A stretch of 64,000 nucleotides of DNA, taken from assembly GCA_944386095.1 (NCBI GenBank), contig CALWZU010000026.1:1184-65183 (forward strand), in the 5' to 3' direction. The notes below the pieces were generated by a model. It did not search any database, was not told the DNA's origin, and saw only the letters and a program-made list of their open reading frames with translations. Shown piece by piece: positions 1-8,298 of this stretch (its first letter is position 1; the number at the start of each line of letters is the position of its first letter). The DNA is from an uncultured Clostridia bacterium. Its GTDB lineage: Bacteria > Bacillota > Clostridia > Peptostreptococcales > Anaerovoracaceae. The position numbers and the translations under genes were made by a program.

Positions 1-120
1 ATCTTTCCTGTCAGCCTTCACCCTTTCAAGGGCTTCCACGGTCAGCTGAGAAATCCGGTCGATGCCGGAGGCGTCAAGGAGGATCTGATGAACGGACTTA
101 GGTAAGCGCTTCTGTTTCAT
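1..120 (-). CDS. 5' end of an unidentified CDS running off the left edge (MKQKRLPKSVHQILLDASGIDRISQLTVEALERVKADRKD...)
   Basis: ATG at 120-118 overlaps the TGA of the upstream ORF (ATGA coupling). The frame stays open to the window edge. Too short to assign a function. Confidence 0.3.
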   Translation of the reverse strand, partial: MKQKRLPKSVHQILLDASGIDRISQLTVEALERVKADRKD

Positions 121-353
121 CCGCCTGCCCTTCCTTTCTCCCGTGCAGGGAAAATCCCCCGGTCTTTCGCCAAAGCCTTTACGCTTCTATCATAGGTGGC
201 CTCCGCTTCCTTTGAAAAAAAACAGCCTGGAACTCCCTCGTCATGATCTCTGTGATGCGCTACGCAGGCGCAGCATTTTCCGTGTCTGGGGCAGTCATAG
301 GTGCAGCTGCATTGAATGTCTCCATCGCAGAAATAGTTTGTTTCAAGTCTCAT
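117..353 (-). CDS. small Cys/His-rich protein, 78 aa (resembles DUF6485-type proteins)
   Basis: Track ORF. Dense Cys pattern CDGDIQCSCTYDCPRHGKCCACVAHH followed by PGCFFSKEAEATYDRS. The family assignment is from memory only. Confidence 0.5.
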   Translation of the reverse strand: MRLETNYFCDGDIQCSCTYDCPRHGKCCACVAHHRDHDEGVPGCFFSKEAEATYDRSVKALAKDRGIFPAREKGRAGG

Positions 354-448
354 GTTATCTCTCCCGATTGTATAGTCATAAAGCCGGCGAGGCTTTTTAT
401 CATTTAATTATAACTGACATTATAACAATTTTCAGTCCTAATTTTTTT

Positions 449-471
449 ATTTGTGTATTTTTTACACAAAT
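449..471. promoter_or_regulatory. 9-bp inverted repeat ATTTGTGTA-N5-TACACAAAT upstream of the Cys-rich gene
   Basis: Perfect arms at 449-457 and 463-471. It lies between a terminator and a possible extended -10 (TGTTATAAT, minus strand, around 419-427). Either an operator candidate or an AT-rich hairpin. Confidence 0.25.
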
Positions 472-475
472 AAAT

Positions 476-499
476 GCAAAAACGGCCCGCTGGGGGCCG
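476..499 (-). terminator. rho-independent terminator of the secreted-protein gene
   Basis: Minus strand reads CGGCCC-CCAGC-GGGCCG followed by TTTTTGCATTT, 27 nt after the stop at 526. Confidence 0.6.
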
Positions 500-525
500 C
501 TGCAAATGAGAGAAAATGAATGCAG

Positions 526-1479
526 TTAATTCCCGATCCATTTTTCGATTTTCACCACGTTTCCTCCAAGAGCAGGCAGCGCGTGGCTTACATCTCCCAT
601 CTTTTTAGCTGTAGGATCCATGTAACGGGAATCCACGATGAACTCCACCACATTGCCTCTGCCGGAGGACATGGGCCTGTACATACGGCTTGCGTCAGTA
701 TGGCAGTCAGCCTTTACATCTCCCATGATCGCCTCTATGGTATTTCCCGAATCAAAGGTAATGCGGAATCTGTCCCCACAGCTTCCGTAATAGCTCCCAA
801 GCGCCACCAGGTAACATCCCTGGAGCATCCGGAACCCATTTTCCGTATAGGCCTGCTGCTGGAGCTGATACTGAGTGGAGGCCTTGCTTGTGATGGTTGT
901 ATAATCCATATAGGCCTTAAACGCCGTATCGATGCCGGAAGGGACGCTCATGACAAGCCACTGGGAGGGTTCCTCCAGCCCCAGGAAGGCCTTGATTTCC
1001 TTTTGCAGCATGACGCTGTCCCTGTAGCGGGAAAAGAAATCCGTCGTTTCCTGAGAAAGCCCTTCCCTGCTTATCTTCAGGTTTCGCTGGGCCTCATATA
1101 TGGCCCCCGCCTCCATGGCGTATTCGCTTCCGTCAAGGCTTGCCTGATACATTTTTTCCATATAATTTTCATTTGGATCGTAGGAATGCACCTGAATGTC
1201 ATCCAGAACCGTGCCGGTTTTTTCCGCCGGCCGGTCCTTTTCCGACGACTCGGAACCTGTGGCTTTATCCCCGAAAACGGCCTTTTCATCGATTTTACCC
1301 TCGGAAACAAAGGCCTCCGCCAAAGTCCCCCCTGCCGTTTCTTCAAAAAGAAAGGGCAGCAAAAAATCGGAAATCCGTTTTTCTTCTACATCCTCCTGCT
1401 GCGCCCCTATGGCCGTCTGGCCAAAGCCTATCCATAAAATTCCTCCCGCAAGCGCCGCCGCTAAGATCTTTCTTTTCAT
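526..1479 (-). CDS. secreted protein of unknown function (signal peptide plus conserved C-terminal domain)
   Basis: N-terminus MKRKILAAALAGGILWIGFGQTAIGA is signal-peptide-like. RBS GGAGGGA precedes the ATG. C-terminal block YLVALGSYYGSCGDRFRITFDSGNTIEAIMGDVKADCHTD...VVEFIVD. Confidence 0.6.
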   Translation of the reverse strand: MKRKILAAALAGGILWIGFGQTAIGAQQEDVEEKRISDFLLPFLFEETAGGTLAEAFVSEGKIDEKAVFGDKATGSESSEKDRPAEKTGTVLDDIQVHSYDPNENYMEKMYQASLDGSEYAMEAGAIYEAQRNLKISREGLSQETTDFFSRYRDSVMLQKEIKAFLGLEEPSQWLVMSVPSGIDTAFKAYMDYTTITSKASTQYQLQQQAYTENGFRMLQGCYLVALGSYYGSCGDRFRITFDSGNTIEAIMGDVKADCHTDASRMYRPMSSGRGNVVEFIVDSRYMDPTAKKMGDVSHALPALGGNVVKIEKWIGN

Positions 1480-1655
1480 AAATCCCTCCGTTTCCCGTTA
1501 TGTACAAAACGTCTGTCCTTTTTTCCTGCATGTCAGCATTTGATGCTGCTGTTTTTTCATCCTATGCAGGTCCCGGGACAAACAGGACAGAAACTTTTGT
1601 CAAAAGGAAAAGAAGGCTGCCGGGCAAAGATTCCATCACCGGAAATTTTGGACCT

Positions 1656-1684
1656 TTGACAAAAGAAGCGGCTTCTTTTATAAT
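1656..1684 (+). promoter_or_regulatory. consensus sigma-A promoter of the TetR gene
   Basis: TTGACA (1656-1661), a 17-nt spacer, then TATAAT (1679-1684). Both hexamers are perfect. Confidence 0.6.
1661..1679. promoter_or_regulatory. 19-bp perfect palindrome filling the promoter spacer (candidate TetR operator)
   Basis: AAAAGAAGC-G-GCTTCTTTT occupies the whole -35/-10 spacer. A second inverted repeat, AACAAC-TT-GTTGTT, lies at 1691-1704 near the expected +1. Confidence 0.4.
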
Positions 1685-1817
1685 ATAATCAACAACTTGT
1701 TGTTTGCATATTATCTCCGCTTCATACCTGCGACCATGCAGGTTTTGTGTCATCAAAAGCCGGCAGAGAGGATCCTCCCCCCTCCGGCAAATCCTTTTCA
1801 GACAGGAGGGATACCTT

Positions 1818-2402
1818 ATGGCGGCAGACCCAAAAAAAGTACAGGAAACAAAACGCCGGCTCCGGGACGCTTTTTTCTCCATTTACAAAGAAAAGCGGAT
1901 CGATAAAATCGGCATCCGGGAAATCACCGACAAAGCCGGCTTTAACAGAGGCACCTTTTACATCCATTACAGGGACATCTACGATCTGCTGGAACAGACG
2001 GAGGATGAGCTGATCCGGGTGCTCTCTTTGTTTGCGGACAATATCATGTCCGCCGTTTTCCACGGCGGCGACATCCAAAACGCCATGCCTCCCAAAGCCT
2101 TTTTCGATCAGTACGGCACCTATATGAAGGTGCTTGTGGGCCCCAATGGGGACCCTTCCTTTGTGGAGCGGCTGCGCAAATTTATCAAGGAGCTTTTTTT
2201 CAGAGAGGCCAAGGATCAGATCACCGATATGAAGCAGGCGGAATATGTATTTGAATATATCTCCTCCGCTCAGCTGGGACTTTTGACCTACTGGTTTCAA
2301 AAGGACATGGAAATGCCTGCGCCCCAGCTTGCCAAAATGATACAGACCCTGATGACCTACGGCCCGATGAAGCTTTTAAGCGCAAAGACCGGGCCTGTAT
2401 AG
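1818..2402 (+). CDS. TetR/AcrR family transcriptional regulator
   Basis: The start was chosen at the ATG after RBS GGAGGG. N-terminal HTH region RLRDAFFSIYKEKRIDKIGIREITDKAGFNRGTFYIHY is typical of TetR proteins. Confidence 0.8.
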   Translation: MAADPKKVQETKRRLRDAFFSIYKEKRIDKIGIREITDKAGFNRGTFYIHYRDIYDLLEQTEDELIRVLSLFADNIMSAVFHGGDIQNAMPPKAFFDQYGTYMKVLVGPNGDPSFVERLRKFIKELFFREAKDQITDMKQAEYVFEYISSAQLGLLTYWFQKDMEMPAPQLAKMIQTLMTYGPMKLLSAKTGPV

Positions 2403-2427
2403 TTTCTCTAAATCGAAATCCTCCGGC

Positions 2428-2477
2428 AAAAAATAAATCAGGATGCTTCTGTTTTCAGAAGCATCCTGTATCTTTTT
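2428..2477. terminator. bidirectional terminator between convergent TetR gene and rpmF
   Basis: 13-bp stem CAGGATGCTTCTG-TTTT-CAGAAGCATCCTG, flanked by an A-tract upstream and TATCTTTTT downstream. Confidence 0.75.
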
Positions 2478-2493
2478 GAACGTGAGCCTTGTG

Positions 2494-2676
2494 CTATTCT
2501 TCTGTCGCAACGACTTCTTTGCCGCGATAGAATCCACAATTTCCGCATACTCTGTGCGCAAGCTTGGGTTCATGACACTGAGGGCAAACGGAAAGCCCCG
2601 GAGCGCTCATTTTGATGTTGGACGCTCTTCTTTTATCCCGTCTTGCAGCGGACGTTCTATTTTTTGGAACTGCCAT
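2494..2676 (-). CDS. rpmF: 50S ribosomal protein L32
   Basis: [17 protein letters not shown]... with zinc-ribbon [20 protein letters not shown]. Ends in TAG. Confidence 0.95.
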   Translation of the reverse strand: MAVPKNRTSAARRDKRRASNIKMSAPGLSVCPQCHEPKLAHRVCGNCGFYRGKEVVATEE

Positions 2677-2699
2677 TTATGGATACACCTCCTTATCGG

Positions 2700-3215
2700 T
2701 TACTTATTTTTACTTTCTTGCAACAAATCCTTCAACTTCGCAAAGCGCTGGTCAATCTGGTTTTCTTTGCAGTTGCATTCCGAGGTGTTCAAATTTGTCC
2801 CGCAAATAGGGCACAGTCCTTTGCAATCTTCCCGACACAGAAAGGACACAGGTAAATTGAGCTCTAGGATCGCCTCGCAAAAAGCGTCCAGGTCAAAGGT
2901 TGGTCCTTCCGGCTCTATAATCAGGTCGTACTCCTCTTCCTTGCCGTCTGCGTACACCACTTCGCCGAATTCTATGCTAAAAGGTTCCAAAACGGGTTCA
3001 AGGCACCTGCCGCAAACGGTTTTTACCACCGTATCCAGCCGGCCCGAGAAAAAGACCACGCCATCTTCCAGCCGGGAAAGCCTTCCCTGCACGTGAATGG
3101 GGCTATTGAAACCAAGGGTATCGCCTCCACGCTGCATTTGAGTCAATGAACTGTCCTGATCGAAGTCAAGGGCTTCGATCTGCCCGGAAAGAAGGGCTCG
3201 TAAGTCCGTTTTCAT
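2700..3215 (-). CDS. yceD: YceD/DUF177 family ribosome-maturation protein
   Basis: C-terminal Cys cluster CREDCKGLCPICGTNLNTSECNC. Conserved position directly upstream of rpmF. Confidence 0.85.
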   Translation of the reverse strand: MKTDLRALLSGQIEALDFDQDSSLTQMQRGGDTLGFNSPIHVQGRLSRLEDGVVFFSGRLDTVVKTVCGRCLEPVLEPFSIEFGEVVYADGKEEEYDLIIEPEGPTFDLDAFCEAILELNLPVSFLCREDCKGLCPICGTNLNTSECNCKENQIDQRFAKLKDLLQESKNK

Positions 3216-3360
3216 GATTCACCTTTATGGATTGCCTTTCAGAATAGTATGTCAGCAATAACATTACTATTATAATGATCCGTTCCGGCCATTGTCAAGC
3301 AAAATCTTGGATTTACGCCTAAAAAGCCCCGGAAGCGGAAAGGTTTTCTTTTGCCCGCAT

Positions 3361-4566
3361 TTATTTGGCGGCTTCGATCACCGCAACGGTATCTCTGGCA
3401 ATCATCAGCTCTTCGTTTGTGGGAACAAGCAGGATTTTCACCTTGGAATCCGCGGCGCTGATGATGGTTTCCTCGCCTCTTACGTTATTTCTTTCAGGAT
3501 CCAGCTTGATACCCAGGTTTTCCATATTGCTGCAGATCTTGGCTCTCATGCCGATGGCGTTTTCGCCGATACCGGCGGTAAATACGATTACGTCGGCTCC
3601 GTCCAGCTCGGCAAGATAAGAACCGATAAAGCCCTTGATCTTCTTGGCGAAAATATCCAGGGCAAGCTGCGCTCTTTCGTTTCCTGCCTGGGCCGCTTCT
3701 TCCAGATCTCTGAAGTCGCTGCTGACGCCGGAAATGCCGAATACGCCGGATTTTTTATTCAGAATGTTGAGCATTTCCTCGATGGTGAGGTTTTCATGGG
3801 TCATGATGTACTCCAGGATCGCCGGATCGATGCCGCCGGATCTGGTTCCCATTACAACGCCTTCCAGAGGGGTAAAGCCCATGCTGGTATCAACGCATCT
3901 GCCGCCGTCGATAGCGCTTACGCTGGCGCCGTTGCCCAGATGGCAGGTGATGATCTTCAGATCCTTAATGTCGATGTTGAGCATTTTGGCCGCTCTTTCC
4001 GAAACGTATTTGTGGCTGGTGCCGTGGAAGCCGTATCTTCTGATGCCGTATTTTTCATAATATTCATAGGGGATCGCATAAATATAGGAAGATTTCGGCA
4101 TGGTGTGGTGGAAAGCTGTGTCAAATACCGCAACCATGGGAGTATTAGGCATTAAAGCCTGACACGCCTTGATTCCCAGGATGTTCGGGGGATTATGGGT
4201 AGGCGCCAGATCGATGCAGTCTTCCAAAATCTTGATCACTTCGTCGTTGATCAGCACCTAATCAGTGAGCTTTTCGCCGGCATGTACCACTCTGTGGCCT
4301 ACCGCGCCGATTTCGTCCATGCTCTTCAGAACGCCGTGTTCTTTATGCATCAGCGCTTCGAATACGTGCTCGATGGCTTCTTTATGGCTTGCCATGGGCG
4401 TCTGGAGCTTATAGCCGCCGTTTCCTTCTACCTTTTCATGCTTGATAACGGAACCGTCGATGCCGATTCTTTCTACAAGACCTTTTGCCAGCAGGGTTTC
4501 ATTTTCCATATCCAGCACCTGATATTTCAGGGAGGAGCTGCCGCAGTTGATAACTAAAACTTTCAT
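3361..4566 (-). pseudogene. ackA: acetate kinase interrupted by one in-frame TAG (4258-4260)
   Basis: RBS GGAGG then [16 protein letters not shown]. Motifs [46 protein letters not shown] and VFTAGIGEN are present. Track ORFs 4258..4647 and 3361..4257 are contiguous in the same frame. Confidence 0.85.
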
Positions 4567-4618
4567 ATCTTCTACCTCCAAATGATAATCCGTTCCAAAA
4601 TTGGCTATCCATTTTTGT

Positions 4619-4647
4619 ATTGTATACAATTTCTGCCCCTTTTTCAA
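4619..4647 (-). promoter_or_regulatory. putative sigma-A promoter of ackA
   Basis: Minus strand has TTGAAA, a 17-nt spacer, then TACAAT. The -10 sits inside a perfect 12-bp palindrome, ATTGTATACAAT (4619-4630). Confidence 0.45.
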
Positions 4648-4734
4648 GTATTATTACATTTCTCTTACAAATCGGGGGCAAAAAACCTGGTGAAAAATTG
4701 ACGAAAAACCATCTGGCTTTTTCGCCTTATTCTT

Positions 4735-6015
4735 TTACAAGGCCGGCTTCCCTTCATATACAAAGGGATGCTTGTAAAAATCCAGTTCTTTGGCAAGCGC
4801 CCTTTGGGAAGCCGCCATTTCGTAAAGAGCCGCAGCCCTTATATCAAAGGCAAGCAAAGCCTTTGCCCCGGGAGAAAGGTCTTTTTGCTTCAAGGCTCTC
4901 CCGCAGTCCACCACCAGCGGAAGCCTGAGCCGGTTTTCTTTTTTCAGGCAGCGCAGAAATGCCCTTCCTCTGTCGTTTAAAGCAAGCACCCTCAGATAAA
5001 GGCTTTCCTCTTTTTGAAAATCCGTCATGTCGGAAGTCTTAAGGCCCAAAAGCACATGCAAAAGAAAACGCTGGACGCTGGTGAGGGCATATCGCTTTGT
5101 TTTGATCCCTTCCACAAGAGCGGCATAATCTCCGGCTCCGACCGCCGCCCTGGCCGCCCGGTTTTCAATGCCCTCCCCCGCTGAAAAAATCTCCTTCAGA
5201 TCTTCCTGCGGGCTTTTGATCAGCTCATAACGCATCAGAGGAAAAAAATCCTGTGTTTCCACGGTTTTGGCCTTTTGCAGATACGCCTGGATCACCTCCA
5301 CGGTTTCAAAGGGCAGATACTCTGTCAGGCGGGAAGCCTCCGTTCCCTGCTTCATGGCCTGTCTGATCCCTTTGGCGCTGGGCAGGCCGCCGGAGAGCCG
5401 GTCCTGATGATAGCCGCTGCCAAGGCGCTTTACCGCCACCGGCCTCATGGCGCTTTCTTTTCTTTTCAGCTGCTTGATATATTCCACCGCCAAAATACCG
5501 TTGGGCTGGCTTATCGTCTGCAAAATCCCCCGGCGCCGCTCATCATCAAGGCCCCACTGCTTCAGATACGCCTCCGTCGCCTTCCACCGCGCCCGGGCAA
5601 AGGGCAGTCCCTGATCCAGGTACTTTACAAGGCTTTTTTTCCATTGGGCCGGTTCCTCCTCCAGAATTTCTCCCGCCTGCTGCAAATAATCCAGCTCGTC
5701 CGTTTCACAGCCGAAGGAAACCGCCTCGATCCCTCCCAGTCCTTCCAGGATCGATATGGCGCCCCAGGCGAAAAATTCCGCGCTGTTTGACGCAAAAGGC
5801 GCCGGCAGTTCCACAACCAGATCCGCTCCGCCAAGAACAGCCATTTTCGCCCTGGCCCATTTATTATACATCGCCGCTTCGCCCCTCTGTAAAAAATCGC
5901 CGCTCATCACCACCGTCACACAATCCGCGCCGGTAAGCCGCCTCGTTTCTGCAATATGATACTGATGCCCTTTATGGAATGGATTATATTCCGCTGTGAT
6001 TCCCACGCCCTTCAT
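4735..6015 (-). CDS. tmcAL: tRNA(Met) cytidine acetate ligase (YlbM/UPF0348 nucleotidyltransferase)
   Basis: N-terminus MKGVGITAEYNPFHKGHQYHI (HxGH nucleotidyltransferase motif), then VVMSGDFLQRGE. Confidence 0.85.
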   Translation of the reverse strand: MKGVGITAEYNPFHKGHQYHIAETRRLTGADCVTVVMSGDFLQRGEAAMYNKWARAKMAVLGGADLVVELPAPFASNSAEFFAWGAISILEGLGGIEAVSFGCETDELDYLQQAGEILEEEPAQWKKSLVKYLDQGLPFARARWKATEAYLKQWGLDDERRRGILQTISQPNGILAVEYIKQLKRKESAMRPVAVKRLGSGYHQDRLSGGLPSAKGIRQAMKQGTEASRLTEYLPFETVEVIQAYLQKAKTVETQDFFPLMRYELIKSPQEDLKEIFSAGEGIENRAARAAVGAGDYAALVEGIKTKRYALTSVQRFLLHVLLGLKTSDMTDFQKEESLYLRVLALNDRGRAFLRCLKKENRLRLPLVVDCGRALKQKDLSPGAKALLAFDIRAAALYEMAASQRALAKELDFYKHPFVYEGKPAL

Positions 6016-7405
6016 CGGTTCCTGGTTCCTTTCCCCGTCTCCGTCTTTTCACTTTTCTATGATTGTACCCCAAATCTCCGCTTTCTTCAACGCCATTGCC
6101 TTTCCGGCCGCCGGGAAAAAAAGCCGATGCCAGCAGCAAAATTCCAAACACCGCCAGCGTCAGCATCATAAAGGAGGAAGAACACAAAAGCTGAAACAGA
6201 AAATCCCCCTGGCCTGCCATTTCTCCTGCCAGGATCCCCGTCATCTGCCTTTGCGCCTCAAAGGAAGCCGCTCCGGCGCCTGCCGCGCCTTTGGCAAGTA
6301 CAGGCACCGGCCCTTCCCAAAGCCCCAGCGCCCTTGCAAAGACCGGCAGTCCCTTTCCCAAAAGCCCTGCCAGAGCCGCCGCTAAAATCCCATGGATCAG
6401 CTTTACCTGAAGATAAAAGGCCGGCCGGATCCCGGTGTCGTGAAGCAGGCTCAGGGTCTGGGCATGAACCGAAAGGCCCCCAAAGGAAATCAGCCCGCTT
6501 ACGATCATACAGGCGACAACCGGATCCAGTCCTGGGATTTCCGCCACGGCCCTGCATCCTGCGGTCATTTCCACAAGGCCCTCCCACAAAGGCTGTCTGC
6601 CCATTCCCCAGGCTCTGAAAAGGTGGATCAAAATGATACATAAAACCATATACCCCCCGATCATCACCAGGGTCCCGGCGCTTTTGGCGATGGCGCTGCT
6701 GATGAAGGAAATGGCGGTGTTCTGCTCCTTGGCGTCTGTGTTTTTTTCCCGGGGAAGAACATCCTCCCTTTCATGGGCTGCCTTTGTTTTTCCTCCAATA
6801 CGTCCGTAAAGCATACCGTTTAACACCGCGCCCCCATAATGGGAAAGAGCGATTATCCATCCCATCACAGGGCTTGCGAAAAGCCCCACGCCCACTGCGC
6901 CCAGCATAAAAAGAGGGCCGGAGGTGGTGCAAAAGGCCAGCGCCCTTTCCCCTTTTGAAACGCTGAGCCTGCCTCCTTTAACCAAGCTGGCTATAATGCC
7001 CGCTCCTATCGGATAACCGGAACTGACGCTCATTACAAAAGCGAAGGCCGTTTCCCCGGGCATTCGAAACAGGCCCCTGGCCAAAGGCGACGCCGCCCTT
7101 CCCAGCTTTTCGGAAATCCCTGCATCCAGCATCACATTCACACAGATCAGAAACGGCAGCAAAGCCGGCACCACGGTTCCTGCCCATAAGGAAAGGGCAT
7201 CCTTCGCCCCGCTTACGCAAAGAGAGGGAAACGCCACCATCAAAAGACAATACAGCAGTACCACAACAGAAAAAAACAGGCCGGCCCCTTCGCTTTTTCC
7301 CTGCCCTGTGCTTTTCCTTTTTGCTCTTATCCTCCCTCCCTCCTTGGTCCCGGCTTTTCCTTTCCGCCGCTCCTCCTGCCGGCAGGCCTTTCTTTCTTCC
7401 TCCAT
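5984..7405 (-). CDS. ylbJ: sporulation integral membrane protein YlbJ (nucleoside-recognition domain family)
   Basis: Polytopic membrane protein containing SLWAGTVVPALLPFLICVN...VMSVSSGYPIGAG...TTSGPLFMLGAVG. The start is uncertain: ATG 7405 follows GGGAAGG, but the track ORF extends to 7552. The 3' end overlaps tmcAL by 32 nt. Confidence 0.75.
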   Translation of the reverse strand: MEEERKACRQEERRKGKAGTKEGGRIRAKRKSTGQGKSEGAGLFFSVVVLLYCLLMVAFPSLCVSGAKDALSLWAGTVVPALLPFLICVNVMLDAGISEKLGRAASPLARGLFRMPGETAFAFVMSVSSGYPIGAGIIASLVKGGRLSVSKGERALAFCTTSGPLFMLGAVGVGLFASPVMGWIIALSHYGGAVLNGMLYGRIGGKTKAAHEREDVLPREKNTDAKEQNTAISFISSAIAKSAGTLVMIGGYMVLCIILIHLFRAWGMGRQPLWEGLVEMTAGCRAVAEIPGLDPVVACMIVSGLISFGGLSVHAQTLSLLHDTGIRPAFYLQVKLIHGILAAALAGLLGKGLPVFARALGLWEGPVPVLAKGAAGAGAASFEAQRQMTGILAGEMAGQGDFLFQLLCSSSFMMLTLAVFGILLLASAFFPGGRKGNGVEESGDLGYNHRKVKRRRRGKEPGTDEGRGNHSGI

Positions 7406-7724
7406 CCTTTTGCCTTCCCTTTCTCTATACAACCTCTCTTTATACAGTCTCCGGACCGTTTTCCCCGCCCGGCTTATGACGTTGTCCCTTGCAGTATATG
7501 TCCTTTTTTTCTTTCTTATGAAGAATGAAAAAGCAAAAGAATCGCTCCGCAAAATGACAAAAAACGCCCGTCTCTGCCCGAATCGGCTTTCGGCCGCAGA
7601 GAGGACGCCTTCGTATATCCTGTCAAGGTTATGTAAGAAACTATATGGACGGAAAAAAACAGCTCAAAACAGGAAAAGCTTTTCGATCCCGGCTTTCTTC
7701 GGTATGCCGGGAAAAGGGAAAGGG

Positions 7725-8285
7725 CTATTCTTCCTCGTATTCCTCCTCAAGCATATCGTTTTTACCGCCAATGCTGGTTTTATACGCCAGCTCCTTGACC
7801 TCGTTGCGATTATCGTTTAAAATATCGGACACCTTGTCAAAGGTGGACTGCAGGCTCTGAAACATTTCTCCCAGATAGACCCGGTTGGCATGATCCACCC
7901 GTTCCTGCATGGAGGTCATAATGTTATCCAGATACTCAAAGGTCTGCATTTTCAGGTTTTTGCTTTGCAGCTCCGCCGTGGAAATGATTTCCTCCGCCCT
8001 GGCTCTTGCTTTTCTGGTAATATCGTCCCGTTCGATCATGGCCTCTGCCTGCGCCTTGGCGTCAGAGAGCATAACGTCTCTTTCATTTTCCGCTTCGCTG
8101 ATCAGCCTCTGGCGTTCTTCGTTGATCCACTGGGCTCTTTGGAGCTCCTCCGGCAGCTCGAGACGGATTTCTTTGATGATTTCCAGTATATCGTCTGCGT
8201 CTACCAAAATCTTTCCCGTAAGCGGAAATGTGGTGCTGCTTTCTGCGATTTCTTCCAGTTCATCAAGGAGTTGTAATACTTTCAT
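7725..8285 (-). CDS. coiled-coil protein of unknown function (often annotated ATPase/ATP-synthase-b-like)
   Basis: Track ORF of 186 aa. Charged heptad-like sequence (EELQRAQWINEERQRLISEAENE...AKAQAEAMIE) and an acidic C-terminus. Confidence 0.6.
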   Translation of the reverse strand: MKVLQLLDELEEIAESSTTFPLTGKILVDADDILEIIKEIRLELPEELQRAQWINEERQRLISEAENERDVMLSDAKAQAEAMIERDDITRKARARAEEIISTAELQSKNLKMQTFEYLDNIMTSMQERVDHANRVYLGEMFQSLQSTFDKVSDILNDNRNEVKELAYKTSIGGKNDMLEEEYEEE

Positions 8286-8298
8286 GGATCCTGTCCCC

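Noticed and set aside
4258-4260. The ackA TAG as pyrrolysine or genome-wide amber reassignment.
   Set aside because: TAG terminates rpmF, yggT and plsX at their expected ends in this same window. No pyl genes or suppressor tRNA are visible here. Only a local error, mutation or readthrough remains plausible.
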